Shown in pieces: positions 48,121 to 57,815 of a DNA stretch of 64,000 nucleotides. The DNA is from an uncultured Candidatus Sumerlaeota bacterium. GTDB lineage: Bacteria; Sumerlaeota; Sumerlaeia; MWCT01; JAGHBZ01. The notes beneath the pieces are model-generated. The model had not been told where the DNA came from. It saw only the letters and a program-made list of their open reading frames with translations, and did not search any database. The stretch is taken from NCBI GenBank assembly GCA_964608095.1, contig CAZSMK010000003.1, positions 1,076-65,075 on the forward strand, written 5' to 3'. Position 1 is the first letter of the stretch. The number at the start of each line of letters is the position of its first letter. Both the position numbers and the translations under genes were made by a program.

Positions 48121-50167
48121 AATTAAAAACGCAAACATTGTGTATGTGTTGCTGATGGTAGGAGGTTTTTTACTCGGATGGGGATATTATCAACAACACA
48201 AGAATGATTTCAATTACACACAGGCTGTGCACCGGCTCAATCCCTCGGGGTCGACCAATATTGTGCTGTGGCAGTACGAAGGGAAGCCGCTCAAAGCCGG
48301 CGATACATTGCTCATCAAGGCAAGGTCGTTGTATCACGGTCCTCGCGGCAGGGTGAAGATCGTGGTCTATGAAGATACGGATGATGATAACGTTCCGGAT
48401 ACGGAAACCTCTTCGAGCACGATGTTACAATTCCTGGACCACGTATCATGGGGGGAATACCGGTTCAAAGGTGAAAAGCCGTATAAAGAAAATCTTTTCA
48501 TCGGGCTCGAGCGACCATCCGCCGTAGATACATTCTGGGTAGAAAAAGAAGAATGGACCTTCACGCCTTTAAGCGCCCGGGCATTTATACGCAGTCCGGG
48601 TTCGACGGAATTCGTTTCTACTGATTATGCTATGCTTTCAGAGCTCCTTGTTACGATACCCGAAAAAGCACATGCCCGAGCGGTCGATTTATCCATGTTG
48701 CTCTACGTTGCGGGATTTTTGGTCCTGGCGGAATGTATCGTCTTGTCTATAGTAAAAAAGGTAGCGTTGTTCCCGTACATGGCGTTGCTGGTGTTTATCA
48801 TTGTGTGGCGATGGCTTTCTGCAATAGCCCCCACCACGCAACGCTGGAGCGGTTTCTTCTTTCCCAAAATGTCGCCTTTCTGGTTATGGGCAACGACACT
48901 TTCCACTGTGCTTCTATGTGCACCATCAGTTGCCTGCAAGGTTCATGACCGGGTAAGCCGCCTCTTTATTCCTCTCCGTAGATATCCTCGGTGGTTGAAG
49001 CTTGGCGCGGTTTTCATCGTAAGTCTTCTTGCCGGGTGGTTTTTCTGGACGCTTCGAAGTAATGCTATTTACGGCGATGGATTCGGACCTCTCGCGGTGG
49101 GGTATGAATATCACAATCCCCTCGCAGTGGGAACGTTCGATCTTTTCGTGAATGTGATGAACCATATCACTCACGGAAAGTTGAGATTCCAATATTTTCA
49201 AGTACCGCCCTTTTCCGTATTCTGGGGAATTCTGTTCGTGTTGGTTCTGTTTGCGCTTTCGCGGGAATGGGGAAGAAACGTCAGAGAACAATGGCTGATT
49301 TTCTTTTCCATAACGTCTCTACCGGCGTTGATTCAGTTCTTCGGGTATCTCGAGGTTTATTCAGGACCCATAGTCCTTTCGTTGCTTGTCCTGTATTTAT
49401 TCAACCGGTTTTTTCGAAGAGCTGCTTCGGTGGTCGCAGTCTCTACAGCCGCGTTTTTCAACTACCTCTACCATCTTTCCACGGCGCTTCTTCTTCCACT
49501 GGTGATTATAGTATGGATCAAGGAGGCGTTACGAGAAACGGTCGGGATAACTCTAAAACGACTGCTCCTCACTATATTCATAGTATTATTTATCTGGGTG
49601 CAATGCCTGTTTTTGTTGCTTTTACTCCGCTATGATTTCGACCTTAGTCGATATGAGGAACGAGTTCCCGGTAAAGGTGTTGCGTTTTTATACGGGAGTA
49701 CAGGTAAAACAATGCAACACCTCTTTCTTTATAAATCTACTATCCATAGCCCTCACATCTATCCATTGCTTCGCGAGCCTCATCTTAGCCAGACTTTTGC
49801 AGAATGGATGTTTATCGGTCCAATGATTTTACCGTTATTTATCATTCTCCATGTATGCTATTTCAAACGTATCTTTTCAAGCGCACGATGGATAGGATTG
49901 AGTATAACGGGCTGGGTCTTTGTCGCGACGGCGTTTGTTCTCTCACCCCTCTATCCTTACCCGAAAGATTGGGATCTTTTTGCGCTCCATTCGGTGGTAC
50001 TTCAGTTTATAGCGGTGATGTTCGTTATCAGGTTTGTCAGGACTTCAATGAAGAGATATATCCTGTTCACGCTGATCGTACACCAGTTGTTATGGACAAT
50101 CCCCTGGATATATTTCAACCACTTCTGCGGTGTGCCGCTCTCTCAGCGTTTCTTCGGCTTTCATTAA
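48086..50167 (+). CDS. Large membrane protein: extracytoplasmic N-terminal domain plus multi-TM GT-C-like region
   Basis: N-terminal TM, ~170-aa soluble domain, then many TM helices with YGDG, FFGYLEVY and DWDLF loops. Confidence 0.55.
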   Translation: MTFRTMIKRKSKIKNANIVYVLLMVGGFLLGWGYYQQHKNDFNYTQAVHRLNPSGSTNIVLWQYEGKPLKAGDTLLIKARSLYHGPRGRVKIVVYEDTDDDNVPDTETSSSTMLQFLDHVSWGEYRFKGEKPYKENLFIGLERPSAVDTFWVEKEEWTFTPLSARAFIRSPGSTEFVSTDYAMLSELLVTIPEKAHARAVDLSMLLYVAGFLVLAECIVLSIVKKVALFPYMALLVFIIVWRWLSAIAPTTQRWSGFFFPKMSPFWLWATTLSTVLLCAPSVACKVHDRVSRLFIPLRRYPRWLKLGAVFIVSLLAGWFFWTLRSNAIYGDGFGPLAVGYEYHNPLAVGTFDLFVNVMNHITHGKLRFQYFQVPPFSVFWGILFVLVLFALSREWGRNVREQWLIFFSITSLPALIQFFGYLEVYSGPIVLSLLVLYLFNRFFRRAASVVAVSTAAFFNYLYHLSTALLLPLVIIVWIKEALRETVGITLKRLLLTIFIVLFIWVQCLFLLLLLRYDFDLSRYEERVPGKGVAFLYGSTGKTMQHLFLYKSTIHSPHIYPLLREPHLSQTFAEWMFIGPMILPLFIILHVCYFKRIFSSARWIGLSITGWVFVATAFVLSPLYPYPKDWDLFALHSVVLQFIAVMFVIRFVRTSMKRYILFTLIVHQLLWTIPWIYFNHFCGVPLSQRFFGFH

Positions 50168-50540
50168 ATTAAAAAGAAATAGGCTTGACGTCGCCGCACC
50201 TAACTCCGTTCTTCTATGTCACCCTCGCTATCTTGCACCCTATTGAAAGACGATATAATTTTATCCGGGATTGATAGGACAGGATAAGACAGATAGGGCG
50301 ACATTAATGAAGTAAAAAAGATGCTCTACCCGGAAGCCTTCCATACTTTACTCACCTTTTGAGAGTTAAGACCGGACGTTTTTTTATACGTAAAGATAGA
50401 TCGCAAGGGACGTGTTTTCGTATATGTCTCAAGAGTTAGTGAAATGATTTTGTCTGCTTGAAAAGCATGAGGTTAGCCGTGTTTATTGTAAGGGAAGAAT
50501 AAGGGTGGAAACCATGATTTCCTAAAACTACAGGACTTGC

Positions 50541-50588
50541 CTGCTATATGTTGTACCCATATCTCAAGAACCCTACAATATTTAGGAA
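50541..50588. promoter_or_regulatory. Tandem NrdR-box-like operators
   Basis: ctgCtAtATgTtGtac (50541) and ctaCaAtATtTaGgaa (50573) match the conserved core of acaCwAtATaTwGtgt with a 32-bp period. Confidence 0.6.
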
Positions 50589-50612
50589 AAGAAAAAAAAG
50601 GCAATTTAGGTA

Positions 50613-50683
50613 TTGACTTGAGAATAAAAAAAGGGGCAAAATCGTGTCACTTTGTGTTAAAAAGTATAACTTGGTGATTGGTG
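50613..50683 (+). promoter_or_regulatory. Putative dcw promoter with 10-bp-phased MraZ-type repeats
   Basis: TTGACT-N18-CAAAAT, then GTG/GTG/GTA/GTG at 50644, 50654, 50664, 50674. Confidence 0.55.
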
Positions 50684-50687
50684 AACG

Positions 50688-51152
50688 ATGAAACCACAAT
50701 CAACACCAGATAATTTTATCGGACATTTTTCTCTTAATGTCGATTCTAAGAACAGGGTGATTGTACCTCCTCTGTTTCGGGATATCCTTGCGACTCATTA
50801 TGAACAAGATGATAACACCGTAGTCGTGACTATTTCAATGGAAAAGACTATCGCTATTTATCCGAGAAGCTCATACAACAAGATAATGGAAACACTCATG
50901 AAGAAGTCACAATTCAACAGCAAGGTTCGGGCGTTGACGAACGCTATCTCGATGTGTGCATCTGAACAGAGAATCGACAGTGCGGGAAAGGTCGCCCTAA
51001 GCAGTTTTCTCATTTCCACGGCGGGCATCAAGAAAGAGGTTTTTGTCGTCGGGTGCACTGATCATTTCGAGGTATGGCCGCCGGATAAATTCGAGGAATA
51101 TATCGATTCGAACATCCAGATCCTTCCGGAGCTGGGTGACACGATAGAGTAA
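50688..51152 (+). CDS. mraZ: Division/cell wall cluster repressor MraZ
   Basis: FIG...VDSKNRV.VP..FR; IDSAGKV; VG..DHFEVW; position before rsmH. Confidence 0.92.
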   Translation: MKPQSTPDNFIGHFSLNVDSKNRVIVPPLFRDILATHYEQDDNTVVVTISMEKTIAIYPRSSYNKIMETLMKKSQFNSKVRALTNAISMCASEQRIDSAGKVALSSFLISTAGIKKEVFVVGCTDHFEVWPPDKFEEYIDSNIQILPELGDTIE

Positions 51153-51181
51153 ATTTGTTCTTTGTCATTCGAGTGTAATCA

Positions 51182-52105
51182 ATGGGCTCTTCAAAGCATA
51201 TACCCGTGATGGTGGCAGAGGTGGTGGAATGGCTTGACCCTCGCCCCGGGCATTTAGTTGTGGATGGAACAGTGGGTGCAGGTGGGCATTCACGAGCGGT
51301 CCTTCCGAGGATCATGCCCGGTGGATTCTTGATCGGGGTCGACATCGACCCCGAGATGCTTGAATTAGCCCGGGAGAGCCTGGTCGCAACTGAGTTCTGG
51401 CCTGACAACATCAGACTTTTCGTAGCATCTTACATCAGGATTCCAGAACTTATCGCAGAGTGTGGTGGATCAGGAGCAGATGGCATCATCATAGATGCAG
51501 GTTTGAGTGCAGATCAAATCTTATCTCCGGGGCGAGGGTTTAGCTTCTCCGTTTCAGACAAACTGGACGCACGGTTCAACCGGGAAGAATCTCACTATAC
51601 TGCAGCAGATGTGGTGAACAAAAAGACGTGGCAAGAGCTGGTCGACATTTTCCAGCGGTATGGAGACGAACCTCATGCAAAACGTATTGCACGCGCCATT
51701 GTCAACTATCGCCAGAAGAAACCTATCGAGACCACTGACGAGCTTGCGGACATTGTCGTAAAAGCAACGGGGCGACGGCATGGAAGAATCCATGGAGCAA
51801 CAAAGGTGTTCCAGGCGTTGAGAATCGAAGTGAACCGAGAGCTTGCAACTCTTGAAGAGGGAGTCAGAAACGCGATTCGCTCATTGAATCCGTCGGGTCG
51901 CTTCGTGATCTTGAGCTACCACTCGGGCGAGGACAGAATAGCCAAGCATGTGTTTCGCGAAGCGGCGAACGGAATGCTGCCCGAGAGCGAGGAGAAGGAG
52001 TTCAGGGTTCTCACAAAAAAGCCGCTTCGACCGAGCGAAGAAGAAGTCAGGCATAACCCGAAAGCGAGGAGTTGCCGGATGAGGGTGCTCGAACGTGTTA
52101 TGTAA
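51182..52105 (+). CDS. rsmH: 16S rRNA m4C1402 methyltransferase
   Basis: HIPVM, DGTVGAGGHS, RGFSF, FQALRIEVN.EL, SYHSGEDR, NPKARS. Confidence 0.95.
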   Translation: MGSSKHIPVMVAEVVEWLDPRPGHLVVDGTVGAGGHSRAVLPRIMPGGFLIGVDIDPEMLELARESLVATEFWPDNIRLFVASYIRIPELIAECGGSGADGIIIDAGLSADQILSPGRGFSFSVSDKLDARFNREESHYTAADVVNKKTWQELVDIFQRYGDEPHAKRIARAIVNYRQKKPIETTDELADIVVKATGRRHGRIHGATKVFQALRIEVNRELATLEEGVRNAIRSLNPSGRFVILSYHSGEDRIAKHVFREAANGMLPESEEKEFRVLTKKPLRPSEEEVRHNPKARSCRMRVLERVM

Positions 52106-52192
52106 GAGTGAGTCCGAAACAATGAAAGTGTTCGAGAAGGCTAAAGAGGGTTCAAGTGCTTTATTATAAAAATTGGTAAAAAGGATGGAACA

Positions 52193-52672
52193 ATGGCGAA
52201 ACTTACATATTGCCGAATGGTTTCGAAAAAATACCTCCTTTTGAATCGTTATACGGTTATGAAATGTTTATTATGGTTCGGCTTTCTTACCACACTTCTT
52301 ATCGCTCACCTATGGCTGGGATTCAAGATTCGAGATTACAAGATTCAAACCCAGATATTACAACACTATGAGCTACGGATTAAGGACTACAATAAAGGGC
52401 TGAAATCCGAGATCAACAAGCTCGAGAAGGATTGGCGTGTTCGTGAGTTCGCTCGTACTCAGTTGAACATGATGGATACAGAACCATCAGAGCTGGAGTA
52501 CATGACAATTCCAACTTCGTTACTGGCTAAATATAAATCGATAGATACCGGAGTAAGCGTGGCATTGCCAACATTTATTGACACTGCAGAGGATGAAGAT
52601 AAAGGGATAGTTGAGAAGACACTGGACAAGTTAATGCGAACTTCTGTCGCTGAGGAGCCACGGGACAAGTAG
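52193..52672 (+). CDS. FtsL-like cell division protein
   Basis: Single TM followed by coiled coil, 'RV..FAR..L.M'; lies between rsmH and ftsI. Confidence 0.65.
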   Translation: MAKLTYCRMVSKKYLLLNRYTVMKCLLWFGFLTTLLIAHLWLGFKIRDYKIQTQILQHYELRIKDYNKGLKSEINKLEKDWRVREFARTQLNMMDTEPSELEYMTIPTSLLAKYKSIDTGVSVALPTFIDTAEDEDKGIVEKTLDKLMRTSVAEEPRDK

Positions 52673-52748
52673 AATTCATCACGATCCGGGACTTTAAAGA
52701 ACTTGGTTAGCAAAAACATCAAGAATAGAATAGAGAGAGGCGAACGCG

Positions 52749-54794
52749 GTGCTGCGTATTATGACAGCTTACAAACGTCGAGTTATTATTATCGCCTTCC
52801 TGCTCATATTCGGGTTTGGATATGTGACGTTCAAGCTGACCCTCATTCAGTTGAGGGATCATTCGTATTATCTTGCCAAAGCCCTGAAACAGCAGGTGAA
52901 CAAGGTGGTAATAGCGCCGCGGCGCGGAGATATCGTGGACAGGAATGGAGAGGTCTTAGCCACATCCACGATGCTCTCCTCAGTTTACTGTAATCCTACC
53001 CAGGTCGATGAAGAGATCACCGACGAATTAGCCGAACGGCTTGCCTCGATTCTCTACACACCACAAGAGAAGATCAATCAAACCCTTGAACGAGACGATA
53101 GTGAATGTCTTCTTCTTTGCCGTAAAATTGTACCCGAGCAGGTTATGGAAATAGAGAGTGTTGCACGGGATTTTAAACTTCCCAAATACACCCTCTTTTT
53201 CAAGAAAGAGGGGAAAAGAATATATCCGAACAGCGAATTGCTGTCGCCGGTGCTCGGGTATGTGGTTCTTGATAAATACGGCGATAACCGTGGGATGGCG
53301 GGACTTGAATATGAATACAACCAATATCTGCATGGTGGAAATCCGAAGATAATAACCACGCGCGGCGCCGCCCAGATACTGCTCGATTATTTTCCCAAAG
53401 AGACCATGCAGAAATCATGGGGCGCCACCCTTGTCCTCACAATCGATCAATCCATTCAGTACATTGCCGAGAAAGCGTTAAGGGAGTGTCTTGCCCGTGA
53501 AGAGGCTGATATCGGCTGCGTTACCGTCATGGACATTTCTACGGGTGAAATACTTGCCATGGCTTCGTTGCCTTCGTTCAATCCCAACGAATATATGTAC
53601 TATCCCCTGGATTTAAGGCGGAACAACGCTATCCTGTCGCCGGTACAACCCGGGTCGGTGCAAAAAATCTTTACCTTCGCCACGTTACTCGAGTGTGACC
53701 TTATAACGGTTGACGAGATCGTAAATTGTGGTTCGGGCAGGTCGGTTAATTTCAACGGAAGGAATATTCAAGACGCGCCGGGTCATGAAATGGGAGACGT
53801 GCCGGCAAAGTTGGCGTTTCATTTTTCGAGCAATGTAGGAACGGCGCGACTGGCTGAGAAATTAGACAACGAAATCTTTTACCAACACCTTACACAATTC
53901 GGCTTCGGAAGAAAAACCGGCATAGACCTTCCCGGCGAGGGCGATGGTATCCTGCGTCCTGTCAGGGAATGGTCATCGCTCTCGAAGGTCTCGCTGGCTA
54001 TAGGCTACGAGATTGCAGTTACCTCGATACAAGAGGTTCGTGCGGTATCCGCAATAGCCAACAACGGGTACCTGATGAAGCCCTACGTGGTCGAGAAAGT
54101 GGTTGATTCAGAGGGACGAGTGGTTATTCAGAACAAGCCTGAGAGCGAGGGGCGGGTAGTACGACCTGCGGTTTCCGCACAGATGCTCGAGCTGATGGAA
54201 GGTGTGGTTCTTCATGGAACCGGGACGAAAGCACAGATTCCGGGATACCGTGTGGGGGGTAAAACGGGTACGTCAAGAAAGGTTCCTTATAGTGAGAGGA
54301 AATATATCGCCTCATTTGTGGGAGTGGTGCCCGTCGATGCGCCGCGTCTTTGCATTCACGTCTGGGTGGATAATCCACGTCGCCATCATTACGGCGGCGA
54401 TGTCGCTGCACCGGTGTTCAAAGAAGTGGCGGAGACCGCGCTTAAAGTTCTTCGTATTCCCCCGACGGAACCGATTATCGAGCCGGAACCCACGCCGATT
54501 ATTCCCCTGATAACGCAACTCACAAGGACTGAAACGGATGATAATTACGAAGTTCAACGCTCGATAGAGGAACCGACAGGTACAAGAAAAGATGAGATGC
54601 CGGACCTCACCGGACTCACCATGCGTGAGGCGCTGGCAAAACTCTCGGAGTACAATGTGCATCCTCAATTTGTAGGGAGCGGCGCAGTGGTTGACCAGCT
54701 TCCGAAGGCGGGGAAAAAGATAACACCGGGAACGCGGTGTCTTTTGATTTTCAGTAACGAAAAAGAAAAGGCGCTTCAATCAGCGCAACTTTAA
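52749..54794 (+). CDS. ftsI: Class B penicillin-binding protein with C-terminal PASTA domain
   Basis: RG.I.DRNG, GLE, SVQK (SxxK), SSN, KTGT; PASTA-like MPDLTGLT.REA. Confidence 0.92.
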   Translation: MLRIMTAYKRRVIIIAFLLIFGFGYVTFKLTLIQLRDHSYYLAKALKQQVNKVVIAPRRGDIVDRNGEVLATSTMLSSVYCNPTQVDEEITDELAERLASILYTPQEKINQTLERDDSECLLLCRKIVPEQVMEIESVARDFKLPKYTLFFKKEGKRIYPNSELLSPVLGYVVLDKYGDNRGMAGLEYEYNQYLHGGNPKIITTRGAAQILLDYFPKETMQKSWGATLVLTIDQSIQYIAEKALRECLAREEADIGCVTVMDISTGEILAMASLPSFNPNEYMYYPLDLRRNNAILSPVQPGSVQKIFTFATLLECDLITVDEIVNCGSGRSVNFNGRNIQDAPGHEMGDVPAKLAFHFSSNVGTARLAEKLDNEIFYQHLTQFGFGRKTGIDLPGEGDGILRPVREWSSLSKVSLAIGYEIAVTSIQEVRAVSAIANNGYLMKPYVVEKVVDSEGRVVIQNKPESEGRVVRPAVSAQMLELMEGVVLHGTGTKAQIPGYRVGGKTGTSRKVPYSERKYIASFVGVVPVDAPRLCIHVWVDNPRRHHYGGDVAAPVFKEVAETALKVLRIPPTEPIIEPEPTPIIPLITQLTRTETDDNYEVQRSIEEPTGTRKDEMPDLTGLTMREALAKLSEYNVHPQFVGSGAVVDQLPKAGKKITPGTRCLLIFSNEKEKALQSAQL

Positions 54795-54801
54795 CATAAT
54801 T

Positions 54802-56331
54802 ATGGAAGGCGCACAACATCTAAGCGAGATGGTGATAATGGCGGGACTAACAAGAGCAGATACGAGAAGAAGTGAGGGAGTCCACATCATCGGAATCTCG
54901 GAGGATTCCCGCAGCATAGAGCCCGGCTATTGTTTTGTAGCCATCAGGGGTACGAACTCTGATGGGCATAATTTTATAGCCGATGCATTGCGGAGAGGCG
55001 CGGTTGCTCTGGTAATAGAGAAGGGGCGCAGGCTTCCTGCAAGTGTCCCGGCGGAAATTACCGTAATAGAAACGCACGACACGCGTCGTGCGTTGGGAAA
55101 GCTATCGCACGCATTTTACGGCAATCCAGGAAGGGAATGCACGGTTATAGGTGTTACCGGTACAAATGCAAAGACGTCGACAACGTATCTGCTGGAGGCG
55201 CTTCTGAAGGCAGCGGGAAGGAAGCCGGGCGTAATCGGGACGGTCAACTACCGATGCGGGGAGTATATGGAGCGAGCGAAAACCACGACACCATCGGCGT
55301 CGGAGCTGGCACGCCTTATCCGCGTTATGCGGAAACGTGAAGATATGGATCATGTGATAATTGAAGTGTCATCCCACGCCATCGCTCAACACCGGATTGA
55401 GGGTCTCGGATTTCAGCTCGGCATCTACACGAATTTAACGAGAGACCATTTAGATTACCACCGAACGATGGAAGAGTATCGAGAAACAAAGTGGCGATTT
55501 TTCAGGGATTATGTGGCGTCAGAACCAGGCTCAACGGCGATCTTCAACATCGATGATGCCACAGGGTTGGACTTTTACCATCGATATAAGGGTAAAAAAA
55601 TCAGTTTTGGAATAAAAAACAGAGAGGCGCAAATCGTGGCTAAAGAATGGACAACCGACTTGAAAGGAACGCGTGTCAAGGCGAATGTCTTTGGCAGGCT
55701 GGCAGACTTTTCTACCAGGCTAATTGGAGAGTTCAACATTTACAACATCCTTGGCTCGATCAGTGCGGGATGGACGCTTGGGCTTTCCATGGATGAAATG
55801 ATCAGGGGAGTGGAAGCGATACGAGGCATTCCTGGACGGCTTGAAAAGATCGAATGCGGGCAACCGTTTACGGCGCTCGTGGACTATTCGCACACACCTG
55901 ACGCTTTGGAGAAAGCATTGGTCTCCCTGACTCGTTTGAAACGGGGGAAGATAATAACCGTGTTCGGCTGCGGCGGCGACAGAGACAAGGAAAAACGACC
56001 TATGATGGGAAAGGTAGTATCCCGATACAGCGACTACATAATAATAACGAGCGATAATCCGAGGTCGGAAGACGCACTCCGGATCGCACGTGACGCCGAG
56101 CAAGGCATCATTCGGGAACGCTTTCCTTCCGAGCGCTACACGATTATTCTCGATCGCAAAGAGGCTATTTATCATGCGATTCAACTCGCGCAGGAAAACG
56201 ATATTGTGCTTGTCGCCGGTAAGGGACACGAAGACTATCAGATCGTCGGACATGAGGTTCTTCGTTTTGATGACAGGGAGGTAGTACGTGAAGCCGTTAT
56301 TGAACGAGAATCAACTCCTTCGTCTTTTTAA
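54802..56331 (+). CDS. murE: UDP-MurNAc-dipeptide--meso-DAP ligase
   Basis: GVTGTNAKTS, EVSSH, TRDHLDYH, DYSHTPD, DNPR (DAP-type), GKGHE. Confidence 0.95.
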   Translation: MEGAQHLSEMVIMAGLTRADTRRSEGVHIIGISEDSRSIEPGYCFVAIRGTNSDGHNFIADALRRGAVALVIEKGRRLPASVPAEITVIETHDTRRALGKLSHAFYGNPGRECTVIGVTGTNAKTSTTYLLEALLKAAGRKPGVIGTVNYRCGEYMERAKTTTPSASELARLIRVMRKREDMDHVIIEVSSHAIAQHRIEGLGFQLGIYTNLTRDHLDYHRTMEEYRETKWRFFRDYVASEPGSTAIFNIDDATGLDFYHRYKGKKISFGIKNREAQIVAKEWTTDLKGTRVKANVFGRLADFSTRLIGEFNIYNILGSISAGWTLGLSMDEMIRGVEAIRGIPGRLEKIECGQPFTALVDYSHTPDALEKALVSLTRLKRGKIITVFGCGGDRDKEKRPMMGKVVSRYSDYIIITSDNPRSEDALRIARDAEQGIIRERFPSERYTIILDRKEAIYHAIQLAQENDIVLVAGKGHEDYQIVGHEVLRFDDREVVREAVIERESTPSSF

Positions 56332-56336
56332 TTATT

Positions 56337-57794
56337 ATGGAACTACGTTTAAGTGACATATTAAAGCACGTAAGCGACGCAAGGCTTATTCGAGGAGCCG
56401 CGGATGGAATGATCCGGTCGATATCCACCGACACACGCTCTCTGGAGAGCGGCGACGTTTTTGTGGCGTTGCGAGGGGAGAACTTTGATGGCAACGAATA
56501 TATAGATGCAGCGGTTGAGAGTGGCGCCACGGGCATCATCGCATCTGACCGGGGCAGGATTCGCCGTATGGACATTGACGATTCGTCGATCTGGATACTC
56601 GAGACGCAGGATACGCAAAAGATACTGGGCGAGATTGCTTCGTTGTGGAGAAAGCAGATGTGCCCTGAACATGTCGCCGTCATTGCGGGAAGCGCCGGAA
56701 AAACCACGTGTAAAGAAATGATTGGGTCTGTTCTTGGTTATCGTGACGATTGCCTTATAACGGAGAAAAATTATAATAACCTTATAGGCGTGCCGTTGAA
56801 TTTATTTCGGCTTGAGCCGCAGCATACAATTGCAGTGCTCGAAATCGGTATGAATGAACCGGGTGAACTCCGGCACCTTATTCGGATTACCGACCCTACA
56901 ACCGCCCTGCTCGTGAATATCAGCAGGGCGCATATCGGCAAGCTGGGAAGCCTGGACAATTTATTAGCCGCGAAGGGTGAAGTTCTTGACGAGCTCAATC
57001 CGGAGACGACATTTATTTACAACGCAGATTGCCCCTTAACCGCGCAGTTGATATCCAGGAAACGACTTCCCGCGCAGACGCTAACCTTCGGACTCAATTC
57101 TTCTGCAGATGTCAGGGCAACACATATTAAAGCCATAGACCCGCAAGGATACCGATTTCACCTGACAATAGGTGGTAAAAAATCATCTGTACAGTTACAC
57201 GTATTCGGGCGGCACAATATATATAACGCGCTGGCAGCCGCGGCGCTTCTCCATTCCATCGAGATTGACTTGTCGCTGATTATTGAAGGGCTGGAACAGT
57301 TCACCCCATATTCTTTACGCTCCGAAATCGAGCTGTTCGAAGGGATGCATCTAATCAAAGATTGTTATAATGCGTCGCCCGATGCGGTAATAAGCGCGCT
57401 CAAATCTCTCGTGGAATTTTCGCGGGATAAAGGGCGTTGTATCGCTGTTCTTGGCGACATGCGGGAGCTTGGCGAATTTGAAAGGGATCTGCACAGGGAA
57501 GTCGCGCAGGTGTGTTTGGATGAAGGAATCGACACCGTCGTTACAGTGGGTGACGCTGCTGCCAGTATCGTTCAGTATATGATCGAAAAAAAGAGCAATC
57601 TACCCGCCTTTTATTTTCAGGACCGTCATGATGCGGTGAAATTTCTCACCGCCTATACCCGGGAGAATGATTGCATTCTTTTCAAGGCGTCCAGGTTGCT
57701 TACCTTCGAGACGATTATTGAGGAATTCAAGACCAATTATATAGTCAAAGGGTCAAGAGCGCTTTCTAAGGTCAAGAGCGCCGTAACAGAATAG
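56337..57794 (+). CDS. murF: UDP-MurNAc-tripeptide--D-Ala-D-Ala ligase
   Basis: GSAGKTT.KE, NN.IGVP, EIGM, D.YNASP, LGDM.ELG, KASR. Confidence 0.95.
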   Translation: MELRLSDILKHVSDARLIRGAADGMIRSISTDTRSLESGDVFVALRGENFDGNEYIDAAVESGATGIIASDRGRIRRMDIDDSSIWILETQDTQKILGEIASLWRKQMCPEHVAVIAGSAGKTTCKEMIGSVLGYRDDCLITEKNYNNLIGVPLNLFRLEPQHTIAVLEIGMNEPGELRHLIRITDPTTALLVNISRAHIGKLGSLDNLLAAKGEVLDELNPETTFIYNADCPLTAQLISRKRLPAQTLTFGLNSSADVRATHIKAIDPQGYRFHLTIGGKKSSVQLHVFGRHNIYNALAAAALLHSIEIDLSLIIEGLEQFTPYSLRSEIELFEGMHLIKDCYNASPDAVISALKSLVEFSRDKGRCIAVLGDMRELGEFERDLHREVAQVCLDEGIDTVVTVGDAAASIVQYMIEKKSNLPAFYFQDRHDAVKFLTAYTRENDCILFKASRLLTFETIIEEFKTNYIVKGSRALSKVKSAVTE

Positions 57795-57815
57795 AAAGAG
57801 ATATGAAGAGTCGCC

